From NCBI GenBank assembly GCA_965246725.1, contig CBDFFG010000006.1:232800-296799 (forward strand): a stretch of DNA of 64,000 bases, in the 5' to 3' direction. The notes under the pieces are model-generated. The model was not told the origin of the DNA. It did no database searches and saw only the letters and a program-made list of their open reading frames with translations. The first letter of the stretch is position 1. Each line of letters starts with the position of its first letter. This document shows positions 45,387-54,896 of this stretch, one piece after another. The DNA comes from Asticcacaulis sp. (lineage in GTDB: Bacteria; Pseudomonadota; Alphaproteobacteria; Caulobacterales; Caulobacteraceae). The position numbers and the translations under genes are program-made.

Positions 45387-47339
45387 GTGAATGAATTTAT
45401 ATCCAGGGCAGGCGCCCATCTGCGGAGATGGAGCGACGATGTCCGGCGGTGGCCGCGTGCGGTGCGCTGGAGCCTGGCTGGCCTTGGTGGCGCAATGCTG
45501 GCAGTCCTGGTGTTTTTCGGCCAGCCGAACTGGGATTGGGCGCGGGGTATACTGGCGGGTACCCTGTCGGGGCGGATGCACCGGCCGGTGCATATCGACG
45601 GCCATGTCCGTGTCATGCTGTTTTCGGCGTCGCCGCGTATTATCCTGACGGGTTTCCGGATTGGGGAGCCGCCTTCAGGGATGCCGGATGCGCCCAGGAT
45701 GGACCTGGCGACGGTCGACAGCCTGGTCGCCGAGCCTGAAATACTGCCCTTGCTGGGTGGCCAGCTGCGATTGAAGCGGCTGGAGGTGCAAAAGCCGGTT
45801 ATCGTGATGTTCCAGGATGGGGCGGGCAATTCGAACTGGGATTTCAGCAATGGCCGCGACAAACAGGGCGCGTCGAAGCTGCCGCCGATCCGGACCCTGG
45901 TGGTGCGTGATGGCCATGTGTCGGTGACTATGCAGAAGCGGCGGTTGATCGTGTCGGGACCGGTGACCGCGGGCGTAAGGTCGGGATTTCGGTTCGACGG
46001 CAAGGGCACGCAGGACGGCAAGCCGTGCATCGTGACTGTGACGGGACCGCAACTGGGCAACCGCAAGCCCTATCCGTTTCATATCGACCTTGTATCGGGG
46101 GCGACACGGATCGCGGCCGACGGGCGATTCCTGCAGCCATTCAATTTCGGGCAACTGGCGGCCGATATGCGATTGCAGGGGGCGTCGCTGTCGGATCTCT
46201 ATTACCTGCTGTCGATCACGGCGCCGAACACGCCCGCCTTCGACCTCAGCGTCCATGTCGATCGCAATCAGAAGCTTTACCGGGTTAGCCGGTTGTCTGG
46301 GCATATCGGCGGCAGCGATCTGGAAGGCACCATGACCATCGACCGCCGTGGCGACCGGCCGATGGTGACGGGAGATTTCTCGTCGCGGGTACTCGATCTT
46401 GCCGGATTGGGTAGTATCGTCGGCGCGTCGCGTGCCAATACGCCCCACAGGCCGCGAATGACGATGGCGCCGCAAATGTCCGGCGGTGGCGGCCGGATGA
46501 TGCCGGATGCGCAACTGGATGTCGAAAGGTTGCGATCCGCGGATGCACGCGTGCAGTATCGGGCGACCTCGGTGAAGGCCGGGCCCGGTGTTCCGGTGCG
46601 AAGCGTCGGTTTCACGGCGGCCCTCAACAGGGGCGTGTTACACTTCGATCCCGTAGTGGTCGGCCTTGCCAGGGGGCAGGCGACGGGGACAGTCGTCATA
46701 GACGCAAGCGGCCCTTTGCAACGCGAAACTGTAGATCTGAAGCTGAGCGGGCTTCGCCTGGAGGAGTTTGGGGCGAAGGGCAGGGAGCCGCCGCTGGAGG
46801 GCCCGCTGACGATGCGCGTGCACGCGACGGGTACGGGGCGTTCGGTGCATGCGGCCGCATCTTCGGCTGATGGGGCATTGCGTATCGTGGTGCCGGGCGG
46901 GACGATCCGTCAGAGCCTGGCCGAGGCCATGGGCGTCAATGCCAGCAAGAGCCTGTTCCTGCTGCTGGCTAAAGACAGACATGAGACCGATATCCGCTGT
47001 GCTGTGGCCGATTTCCGTATCCGCAATGGCGTAATGCAGGCTGAGCGCATCGTACTGGATACCGGTGTGGTGCTGGTCAATGGTACGGGATCGATCGATC
47101 TGCGGGACGAGCGAATCAATCTGGTCTTCCGTGGCAAACCGAAAAAGTTCCGGCTTATCCGGATCAATGCGCCGATCGTGATCGGCGGGCACTTGACGCG
47201 GCCGACCTTCGGGATTTCGGCAGGGCCCGCGGTGGTGCAGGGCGGGCTGGCGGCAGTAGTCGGGTCGGTATTGCCGTTTGTGACGCTGGACTACGGCAAG
47301 GATGTCGATTGTGGGGCTCTGATCCCTGGAAAGGGATAG
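45387..47339 (+). CDS. AsmA family protein
   Basis: N-terminal TM anchor, NWDF, LPNTP-like APNTP, IGGSDLEG, IRCAVADF and GKPKKFRL motifs. Confidence 0.9.
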   Translation: MNEFISRAGAHLRRWSDDVRRWPRAVRWSLAGLGGAMLAVLVFFGQPNWDWARGILAGTLSGRMHRPVHIDGHVRVMLFSASPRIILTGFRIGEPPSGMPDAPRMDLATVDSLVAEPEILPLLGGQLRLKRLEVQKPVIVMFQDGAGNSNWDFSNGRDKQGASKLPPIRTLVVRDGHVSVTMQKRRLIVSGPVTAGVRSGFRFDGKGTQDGKPCIVTVTGPQLGNRKPYPFHIDLVSGATRIAADGRFLQPFNFGQLAADMRLQGASLSDLYYLLSITAPNTPAFDLSVHVDRNQKLYRVSRLSGHIGGSDLEGTMTIDRRGDRPMVTGDFSSRVLDLAGLGSIVGASRANTPHRPRMTMAPQMSGGGGRMMPDAQLDVERLRSADARVQYRATSVKAGPGVPVRSVGFTAALNRGVLHFDPVVVGLARGQATGTVVIDASGPLQRETVDLKLSGLRLEEFGAKGREPPLEGPLTMRVHATGTGRSVHAAASSADGALRIVVPGGTIRQSLAEAMGVNASKSLFLLLAKDRHETDIRCAVADFRIRNGVMQAERIVLDTGVVLVNGTGSIDLRDERINLVFRGKPKKFRLIRINAPIVIGGHLTRPTFGISAGPAVVQGGLAAVVGSVLPFVTLDYGKDVDCGALIPGKG

Positions 47340-47494
47340 GCGGTGTATTGCTACCAGACCATTTTTTGGTGCGATGCAAAAAGGGAACGGTGCGACGAAA
47401 TTGTCGTGTGCGGATAGACGATAATCCCTTGTCCGCTTATGATTCGAACATTGTTATCTCCGCGCAGGGGTGTGCGGAGCCGGGACCTAGGGGG

Positions 47495-48196
47495 ATGCAA
47501 TGTTCGCAGTTTGCGGTCGCAGCTATGATGATATCTGGTATGGGGCAACGTCCCGCGCCGCTGGTCGGGGCGGACGGGCAGGCGGGATACAGAAGCAAGC
47601 TGACGGAGCGGTTGGGGTCGTCGCAGACCTTTGCCGCCTTGCGTGACATCAATATGCCCGGCTGCGATCGCGTGGCCTATGCGTCCGGCGGTTACCGCGA
47701 GTTTAGTCCGGACGATGCCCCGGGCGACGGCATCTATGCCGAGGTGGCCGAAAAGCCGGCTGTTTTCGAGGCGATCACGGTGTCGGGCTGCGGCAAGGCC
47801 TTTACCACGCATATCCTGGTCTATCGTGCCCTGGATACGCATGTCCTGAGCTTCGGCGGGATTACGGCGGGGGAAACCGGCGCCGGCATGACCCTGCAGA
47901 TGGATACTTTCGAGACGTTGAATGGTTTTGTAGCGCAAACCTTTGCACAGCGACACCCGGAAGCGGCCGGCCAGGCGCCGGTGGCACTGATCGTCGATAC
48001 GCAGCGCGTCACAAGTATGGCCGAGACGCAGAAGGAGGTGTGGACCGAATATTTCTGCGGCTACCTGTACACTGCCGACGTCGAATACGCGCCGGCAGCG
48101 GACGGGTCCGTGGCTATCAATATCGGCCTGCATGACGGCGAGACGCCGAGCAGCTTCCGGGTGCCGCCGGTGCAGGTGGCCAGCGGCAGTAAGTAG
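47495..48196 (+). CDS. Hypothetical exported protein
   Basis: Start at MQCSQF after GGGG; G.T.AG..LQ.DT and E.W...FCG pattern; start uncertain. Confidence 0.6.
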   Translation: MQCSQFAVAAMMISGMGQRPAPLVGADGQAGYRSKLTERLGSSQTFAALRDINMPGCDRVAYASGGYREFSPDDAPGDGIYAEVAEKPAVFEAITVSGCGKAFTTHILVYRALDTHVLSFGGITAGETGAGMTLQMDTFETLNGFVAQTFAQRHPEAAGQAPVALIVDTQRVTSMAETQKEVWTEYFCGYLYTADVEYAPAADGSVAINIGLHDGETPSSFRVPPVQVASGSK

Positions 48197-48222
48197 TCTT
48201 CAACGGGTTGTCGGCACGGCGG

Positions 48223-50325
48223 CTATTTTTTCTCTGCGCCGAATTTCCAGGAAAGGCCGAGGCGCAGGGTCTGGCTGCTGCGTGGATAGCGCATGACCTG
48301 GTGGACCCCCGGAACATCTACGACCTGGGTGAAGCTGTTCTGGCTGTTGACGAGGTCGGTCACGGAAGCGACGAAAGAGACCTGTTTCGTCAGCGGATGC
48401 TGCCAGGTCAGGTCCAGGCGGTAGCTGCCCCTGGTGTAGCCCTGGACGTTGTAGGCGCGGCCGGTCAGCGTCAGGTTGGCCTGGAACTGGTTGCCGGTCG
48501 GGCCATCATATTGCAGCATGGTATTGCCGTTTGCGCTCAGATAGGTGCGATGGCCCTGACCGATACGATCGAGTCCGACGGCGGAAAGATTGCCGTTGAT
48601 GGCGTATTTCCAGCGTTTCGGCGTGAAGATCCGGAGGGTGATCGGGCCGCGCAACGTGACCTCGCCCCCGGCCGAGTTTGAACCTCCGGCATTGGCGGGA
48701 CGCGTGACCAAAAAACCGTCGGGGCGCGCGGTGACGATGTCGGCGACGGTGTTGCTGCTAGCGCGATAAAAGAGGGCAGTGGTCCAGGTGATGGCGTCAT
48801 GGCCGCCGGCGATCTCGGCCTCGAGAGAATCTGTGTCGGTCGGATGCAGATACGGGTTGCCGTCGGTTTCCCCGGTCACGCCGGTATAGCTGGCGCCGGG
48901 ATCGTATTTGGTGAATTCCGGACGCTGGACGCGGCGGGCATAGCTGAGCTTGAGCTTGGTCTTGCCGGCAAGGCTGTGTTCAAGGTGAAGGGATGGGTAC
49001 CAGTGCAGGTCCGAGATGTGGATGGGCTGCATGCCGGGGGCGGTGACGTCGCGTTCCTCGTTTTCGGCGCGCAGGCCGGGGAGAATGGTCCAAGCGCCCA
49101 CCGGTATCTGGTACGAGATATAGGCGGCGGAGATTGTCTGGTCGACCCCGAAGCTGTGGTGATAGCCGTTGGTAACCGGGCCGGGAATGTCGCCGGTGCT
49201 GGTGAACAGGCGATCGCTGTCGCTGACGTGGTGGTCCAGGGACAGGCCGGCGGTCAACTGGTTGCCGTTGGCGAAATGGCGTTCATAGTCGGCGGTAAAG
49301 ATGTCTTCAGGCCCGCGCGTGACACCATCGGCGCCGTAGCGGGCAGCCCCGGCCGCATACGTGTCGGTTTCGAGGAGACCGTCGATCGTCCGGTTTCGGG
49401 CGTGGTCGAGGTCCAGGGTCAAGTGAATACCCGTGGCTTCGTTATTGTATTCGTAGGTCGCCTCGATATCGTGCTGCGACATGGAGAAGAGGGTGGGGCC
49501 GGCGTGGTCGTAGTTGAGGCCATCGGAGCGAAAGCTTCCGCTGTTGTCGAAGCCTGCTTTGAAATTCCAGTCCTGGGCCTGCAATGTGAAGGTCGCGGCG
49601 TCGGAGAGCTTGTAGGCGACGCTGAGCGTGCCGGAGCGGTTGTCGAGGCTGTTGTGCGACCGGGTAGTGTCGCGGACGGTCGACGGCAGGGTGCGTGTCG
49701 TCAGGCTTTTCCCGATCGACGGGTTGCCGTTGAGATTGAGCCGGCCTTCGATGGACCACGGGCCCTTGGTGAAGGCGATGGTCGGTGACAGGTTATAGCC
49801 GCCTGTCGAGGTGACCCGCATATTGGCGCTACCGTGCCAGCCGAAGGGGTGACGTTTGCGAGTGATGATATTGATGACGCCGGCCGAGCCGTAGGCCGCG
49901 TATTGCGCCGGCGGGTTGGTCATGACCTCGATACGGTCGATGTCGGCGGCGGCCAGGGTCTGGATGGCATTGATGCCGCCCGCCGGGTACTTGCCGTCGA
50001 TCAGGACGACGACATTGAGGTCGCCGCGGAGGCTGACATAGCCGGACGGGGTGATCTGGACCGAGGGCAGTTTGGCGAGGATGTCGGTGGCGAGGCCGGT
50101 CTGGGCATCGGGATCGTTCTTGATGTCGTAGACGCGGCGGTCGATGCGGTTGGAGACGTCGCGCTTCTGGCCGGTGATCGTGACCGGGACCTGTTGGGAT
50201 GCGGTTGTCTGCAGAGCGGTTGTCTGGGGGGTGGGTTTTGCGTCCTCAGAGCGTGCCGTTGTGGCTGCGAACGCCAGTATTGCCGCCGATGCGAAGACGT
50301 GCTTCGCCGTACCCCCCGATATCAT
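48223..50325 (-). CDS. TonB-dependent receptor (outer membrane beta-barrel family)
   Basis: IDRRVY, LPSV, IDRIEVMTNPPAQY..GSAGVINIITR plug; GNPYL.P; terminal LSWKFG. Confidence 0.93.
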   Translation of the reverse strand: MISGGTAKHVFASAAILAFAATTARSEDAKPTPQTTALQTTASQQVPVTITGQKRDVSNRIDRRVYDIKNDPDAQTGLATDILAKLPSVQITPSGYVSLRGDLNVVVLIDGKYPAGGINAIQTLAAADIDRIEVMTNPPAQYAAYGSAGVINIITRKRHPFGWHGSANMRVTSTGGYNLSPTIAFTKGPWSIEGRLNLNGNPSIGKSLTTRTLPSTVRDTTRSHNSLDNRSGTLSVAYKLSDAATFTLQAQDWNFKAGFDNSGSFRSDGLNYDHAGPTLFSMSQHDIEATYEYNNEATGIHLTLDLDHARNRTIDGLLETDTYAAGAARYGADGVTRGPEDIFTADYERHFANGNQLTAGLSLDHHVSDSDRLFTSTGDIPGPVTNGYHHSFGVDQTISAAYISYQIPVGAWTILPGLRAENEERDVTAPGMQPIHISDLHWYPSLHLEHSLAGKTKLKLSYARRVQRPEFTKYDPGASYTGVTGETDGNPYLHPTDTDSLEAEIAGGHDAITWTTALFYRASSNTVADIVTARPDGFLVTRPANAGGSNSAGGEVTLRGPITLRIFTPKRWKYAINGNLSAVGLDRIGQGHRTYLSANGNTMLQYDGPTGNQFQANLTLTGRAYNVQGYTRGSYRLDLTWQHPLTKQVSFVASVTDLVNSQNSFTQVVDVPGVHQVMRYPRSSQTLRLGLSWKFGAEKK

Positions 50326-50513
50326 TCGTTCCCCCGGTAACCGTTACATTTGCACCTTAAACGGTGAATTCGTAATTTCCAGAGGAAAAGCAAAAAATTC
50401 TCGGATCGGTTGTTGAGAGATGTTTGTGCGGCTTTAAGGACACGGTTTGCTCCTGACGGATGGTAAAGGATGGGGGAGGATGATTCCGTGCCGCGACCAT
50501 TCGGGTCGTGACT

Positions 50514-50573
50514 CCTACCCCCTCTCGCTTTCCGCTTGGCGCGGAAACCGAGCTCCCCCTTCGAAAGGGGGAG
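50514..50573 (+). repeat. Family B-related palindromic repeat
   Basis: CTACCCCCTCTCG..TTTCCGC/GCGGAAA..GAGCTCCCCCTTCGAAAGGGGGAG. Confidence 0.7.
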
Positions 50574-50771
50574 TTCTTTAAGAGGAAGAAGTCGTTTCTG
50601 GTTATTGTGAATTGTTTGATTTTAATTTATTGAATTATTGAAGTTATTTTTTCTTTTAAGCGTGTGCGTATTATGATTGCGCCGATCGTAATATCTGGCA
50701 AACTAGAAATTGTCAGCGTCAGGGAGTGCGGGTGATGACCGCCGCAGTCGGGACGCGATTGCTGTTTTGTC

Positions 50772-50802
50772 GCCCGCGGCCGGTTCGGTCTGCGGGCTTT
50801 TT
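50772..50802 (+). terminator. Leader terminator upstream of the phage-like packaging operon
   Basis: GCCCGC...GCGGGC stem plus T5, 30 nt before the ATG at 50833 (RBS AAGGAG at 50821). Confidence 0.65.
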
Positions 50803-50832
50803 CATGTCTTCATTTCGCTGAAGGAGTTGCCC

Positions 50833-51246
50833 ATGGCACGTACCGCATCCCTCGAATTCGCCCGCGCGGGCGCCGGCGACAAGACCGGTGTCTATTCGCG
50901 ATACGATCAGGTGACGACATTGACCCTGAATGCCGGTACGGCCGTGAGTGCACAGGAAGTCCTGCCGGTAGGCGCCATTTTCCGCGGCATAGCCGTCGAG
51001 ACAGCCAGCACCTTCGGCGTAGCCATGGTGTTCCATGCCGGCACGGTGGCCAATAACCCAATACAGATCGTAGGCGATACGGACGTCAGGGCGCAGGGGC
51101 ATGCCATGATGACGGTCGCATCGACTTTCGATTCCGTCGGCTTTGCAGCATCGGCGCCTGCGACGGTCTATTACCAGCTGACGGCCGGAGCTGCGGTGAC
51201 GGGCACGGTGACCGTGATCCTGTCCTATGCCGTGCCGGCCATCTGA
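50833..51246 (+). CDS. Hypothetical beta-rich protein, possibly virion decoration-like
   Basis: Strong RBS; LPVGA...GTVTVILSY pattern reminiscent of capsid decoration proteins; first gene of the packaging operon. Confidence 0.6.
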   Translation: MARTASLEFARAGAGDKTGVYSRYDQVTTLTLNAGTAVSAQEVLPVGAIFRGIAVETASTFGVAMVFHAGTVANNPIQIVGDTDVRAQGHAMMTVASTFDSVGFAASAPATVYYQLTAGAAVTGTVTVILSYAVPAI

Positions 51247-51265
51247 GGCTTGGAGAGTTTACGCC

Positions 51266-51631
51266 ATGAGCGGCGATGGGGGATTGAGCGAGGCCTTCCT
51301 GAAGGCGCTGGCCGAGGATTTCCAGGTGAACGGCGTCGAGGCGATCGCCGCCATGCGGGCCAAGGATCCGACCGCCTATATCCGTATTGTCGCCGGGGCG
51401 TCCGGCAAGGAGACGCGCGGCGACGGCGCGGGGGAGTTGAGCGATGAGCAACTCGATCTGCGCATCCGCCAGCTCGGCCACCTCCTTGAAGGCGCAACTG
51501 GTGGAGCTGCTGAGCGAGAAGGCGTTGCGGAGCCGGCGCAACCGGCTGGCGGGATATCGACCCTATGCCCGCCAGAGGGACTTTCACGCCGCCGGTCGCG
51601 ATCATCGCGAGCGGCTGCTGATGGCCGGTAA
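51266..51631 (+). CDS. Putative terminase small subunit-like protein
   Basis: LSEAFLKALAEDF...AI..MRAKDP.AYIRIVA...LSDEQL; immediately precedes and overlaps TerL. Confidence 0.6.
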   Translation: MSGDGGLSEAFLKALAEDFQVNGVEAIAAMRAKDPTAYIRIVAGASGKETRGDGAGELSDEQLDLRIRQLGHLLEGATGGAAEREGVAEPAQPAGGISTLCPPEGLSRRRSRSSRAAADGR

Positions 51632-52136
51632 CCAGCTCGGCAAGACCTATAGCGGGGCGGCCGAGGCGGCTTTTCATCTGACGGGGCTTTATCCTGATTG
51701 GTGGGAGGGGCGGCGATGGGAGCGGCCGGTACGTGCCTGGGTCGGGTCCAAGACCGGCGAAGTGGCGCGCGACGGGGTACAGCGGTTGCTGATCGGCGAG
51801 CCGAAGGACAGGGCGCAGTGGGGTACGGGTTTCGTACCGCACCGGACCCTTGTCGACTGGTCGCGCCGGCAGGGCGTGGCCGACGCTGTCGACAGTATCG
51901 TCGTGCGGCATGTGTCCGGCGAGGCTTCGACCCTGGGGTTCAAGACCTATGACCAGGGGCGACAGAAGTGGCAGGGCGAGACGCTTGATTTCGTCTGGTA
52001 CGACGAGGAGCCGCCCCTGGACATCTATCTCGAAGGGTTGACGCGGACCAATGCGACGGGCGGCATGGCCTATCTGACCTTTACGCCGCTGCTGGGCATG
52101 TCCGACGTGGTGAGCATGTTCCTGGAGGGCAGATGA
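51444..52136 (+). CDS. P22-like terminase large subunit, N-terminal (ATPase) part
   Basis: PYARQ Q-motif, Walker A AGNQLGKT, Walker B FVWYDEE, motif C TFTP; start may be the TTG at 51486. Confidence 0.9.
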   Translation: MSNSICASASSATSLKAQLVELLSEKALRSRRNRLAGYRPYARQRDFHAAGRDHRERLLMAGNQLGKTYSGAAEAAFHLTGLYPDWWEGRRWERPVRAWVGSKTGEVARDGVQRLLIGEPKDRAQWGTGFVPHRTLVDWSRRQGVADAVDSIVVRHVSGEASTLGFKTYDQGRQKWQGETLDFVWYDEEPPLDIYLEGLTRTNATGGMAYLTFTPLLGMSDVVSMFLEGR

Positions 52137-52864
52137 GCCGGCACGTGACGACCATGACCATTCATGATGCCGAGCACTATACGCCGGCAGAGCGGCAGGC
52201 GATTATCGATGCCTATCCGGTGCATGAGCGCGACGCCCGCACAAGGGGGATACCTATCATGGGGTCGGGGCGGGTGTTTCCGTTGGCGGAGGAGGCGTTG
52301 ATCGTGGCGCCGTTCGCGGTGCCGGCGCACTGGGTGCAGATCAATGGTCTCGATTTCGGCTGGGATCACCCGTTTGCCGCGGTCAATTGCGCCTGGGATC
52401 GCGATGGCGACGTCTTTTATGTCTGCCGGGAATATGCCGAACGCGAGACGACGCCGGTTATCCACGCCGCCGCGGTCAAGCCGTGGGGAAGCTGGGTGCC
52501 GTGCGCCTGGCCGCACGACGGCTTGCAGCATGACAAGGGATCGGGCGAGGCGTTGAAGGCGCAATATGCGGCGCAAGGATTGAACATGTTGCCGGAGAAG
52601 GCCAGCTTTCCCGACGGTGGCAATGGGGTCGAGGCCGGGGTTCTGGAAATGCTGGACCGGATGCGGACCGGGCGCTGGAAGGTGTTCGGTACCTGCGGCG
52701 CCTGGCTGGCGGAGTTTCGGCTTTATCACCGCAAGAACGGGGTAATCGTCAAGGAACGCGACGATGTTATCAGCGCCAGCCGGTATGCGTTTATGATGCG
52801 GCGGTGTGCGGTGGTGCAGCCGGTGCGGCGGGCGTTGGTGCTGCCGGGGTTTGGGGCGGTTTGA
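52133..52864 (+). CDS. P22-like terminase large subunit, C-terminal (nuclease) part
   Basis: MTIHDAEHY...RDARTRGIP.MGSGRVF, GLDFGWDHP, WPHDG and DDVISASRY motifs. Confidence 0.9.
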   Translation: MSRHVTTMTIHDAEHYTPAERQAIIDAYPVHERDARTRGIPIMGSGRVFPLAEEALIVAPFAVPAHWVQINGLDFGWDHPFAAVNCAWDRDGDVFYVCREYAERETTPVIHAAAVKPWGSWVPCAWPHDGLQHDKGSGEALKAQYAAQGLNMLPEKASFPDGGNGVEAGVLEMLDRMRTGRWKVFGTCGAWLAEFRLYHRKNGVIVKERDDVISASRYAFMMRRCAVVQPVRRALVLPGFGAV

Positions 52865-52899
52865 TAAGTTGCCGGGTTGGCAGTGTGTGGAAGGGCCGG

Positions 52900-53121
52900 T
52901 TTCCCCCCTCCTTCATCTTCGCCTAGCGGCTCGATCATGGCTGGCGAAGGCCATGCCTTCGCTGGCGCAAAACCTCCCCCGGCCTCGCCGGCAGGCAAAA
53001 CGGGGCAGGAGGAAGCTGGGTGCAGCGCCTCAGGCGGGGCGTTAGTTGCGCGTTTGCGGGGAGGGCGGATTGCCCCTCACCCGGCCCTGCGGGCCACCCT
53101 CTCCCCGCGCGCGGGGAGAGG
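52900..53121 (+). repeat. Two host-type palindromic repeats between terL and portal
   Basis: A/B mosaic at about 52902-53012 (ATGGCTGGCGAAGG..CCTTCGC) and CCCCTCACCCGGCCCTGCGGGCCACCCTCTCCCCG..CGGGGAGAGG at 53073-53121. Confidence 0.8.
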
Positions 53122-53154
53122 AGGATTTATTCATGGAAATTTTGTGGGAGCGTC

Positions 53155-54287
53155 ATGACCGAGGAAAAGGTACAGGCGGTGCTGGGCCTGGTGGTGGCCG
53201 AGTGCGGGCGGGCGATCGGTTTCGATACGACCGGGGGCGGGCAACTGGCGGAGGAGCGCGAGAAGGCACTGCTGTATGCCCGGGGCGAGATGCCGGACCT
53301 GGTGATGCAGCTGGCGGGGCGGTCGAAGGTGGTGTCGACCGATGTCGCCGACGCCATCGAGACGGCTCTGCCCGACCTGATCGATATCTTTACCGGCGGC
53401 GACGATGTCGTCAGCTTTGCGCCGCAGAGCGAGGACGATGTCGCGGCGGCGCAGCAGGAGCAGGATTATCTCAGCCATGTTTTGTTCAACCGAAATGCCG
53501 GCTGGCTGACTATCTACGAGGCGTTCAAGGATGCGCTGACGTGCAAGACCGGGGTCTTTGCCTGGCGGTGGGAGGGGGCGTTCGAGCCGCCGGCCGAGAT
53601 GCATGACGGTGTTGGCCTCGAGGTGTTGCAGCGCTGCTGGGCGGAAGGCACGGTCGGCGATGTCGTGTCGGGGGCGCCGGGCGAGGACGGGCAGCCGACC
53701 TTTTCGTTTGCCTTTACGCCGCGCTTTGCCGCCGGCCGGATCGTCGTCGAGGCGGTGGCGCCGGAGGATCTGGCGGTGGCGCCCGATACGCGCACCCTGG
53801 CGTCAGCCACCTATTGCGCCGTGCGCCAGCGCCCGCGGGCGCAGGACCTGCTGGCCATGGGGTACGATCGCGAACTGATCGACCGTTTGCCGGCGTGGAG
53901 CGCCAACGGGTCTTCGCCCGAGATGGCGGCGCGCGATACGGTCGGCGAAAGCCAGGTGATGGGGACGGCCGGCGATGATATGCGCCAGGTCGAAATCTAT
54001 CGTCACTATATCCGGGTGTGGTCGGACGAGGCGGGGCGCTACGAGCTGTACCAGGTCATTACCGGGGGCGGGGCCTTTACCGGTCACCTGATCGATTTGC
54101 AGGCTGTCAGCCGCATCCAGCTGGCGGCGATTACCCCCTATATCAATCCGCATCGGTTTTACGGTGACAGCGTCGCCGACAAGCTGATGGAGGTACAGAA
54201 GATCAAGTCGAGCCTGATGCGCATGGCGCTGGACAGCGGCTATTTCGCCCTGAACCAGCGGATGGAGGTGGCCGAGGACGGACTTAC
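53155..54287 (+). pseudogene. Podovirus/P22-like portal protein, 3'-truncated
   Basis: RSKVVSTDVADAIE..LPDL..IF.GGD, DV.AA.Q..DY, FKDAL..KTG and PHRFYG.S.AD motifs; similarity ends at EDGLT and the frame drifts to a stop at 54384. Confidence 0.8.
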
Positions 54288-54671
54288 GAACTGCGCCTTA
54301 GCCCGACCTGCCGGTTGCTGGCCGGCGCGGGGGCGGCGCTGGCGATCACCGGCCTGGTCGGGTGGGAGTCGCAGCATGGGCTGACGGTTCCCCGGCCGCT
54401 GGTGTTGCTGGGCGAGGCGTCTTTCGCCATCTATCTGATCCATTTCCCGATGATCTCGGCGCTGGGGCGGGTGGTTGCCAAGCTTGGTCATCATGTGCCG
54501 GCGGCGGTTCTGGAACTGGCTGTAGCGGCTGCGAGCCTGTCGGTCGGCCTGGCATTCCATTTGTGGATCGAGCGTCCGCTGATGCGCGTGGTCAACAGGA
54601 TTGGCGCGGGTAAGGCGGTTGCGGGGCAGGGGGCAATTGTGCAGGCACCGGCGGTGAAGGAAAGCGCCTGA
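54285..54671 (+). pseudogene. 3' remnant of an acyltransferase 3 gene
   Basis: LLGEASFAIYLIHFP...FHLWIERP C-terminal motifs only; the N-terminal LDGLRG half is missing. Confidence 0.8.
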
Positions 54672-54730
54672 GGGGGCTCAAGTGGCGGTGAGGGTCTATC
54701 AGTCACCTTATGGGACTGTGTGACTCAAGC

Positions 54731-54881
54731 AAGAAACCCCACCCCCACATCTCGCGCGGCGGACGATGCGGCGCCTGATTTTAGCCTGTCTGGAGCGGCG
54801 CGCTTCGTGCGGTCCCATGGCTAGCGAAGGCTATACCTTCGCTTCGCCAAACCCCAAATCAAAGATTTAGGGAGGAGTAAG
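54731..54881 (+). repeat. Intergenic repeat family A, longest copy
   Basis: Combines the 15820-type left arm with the 25362-type hairpin and right arm. Confidence 0.85.
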
Positions 54882-54896
54882 AGATGAGTATGCGTC

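Noticed and set aside
53020-53154. N-terminal extension of the portal ORF
   Set aside because: It is translated repeat DNA; the likely start is the ATG at 53155 after GGGAG.
3118-54881. CRISPR array
   Set aside because: The repeats are dispersed and intergenic, not regularly spaced; no cas genes.
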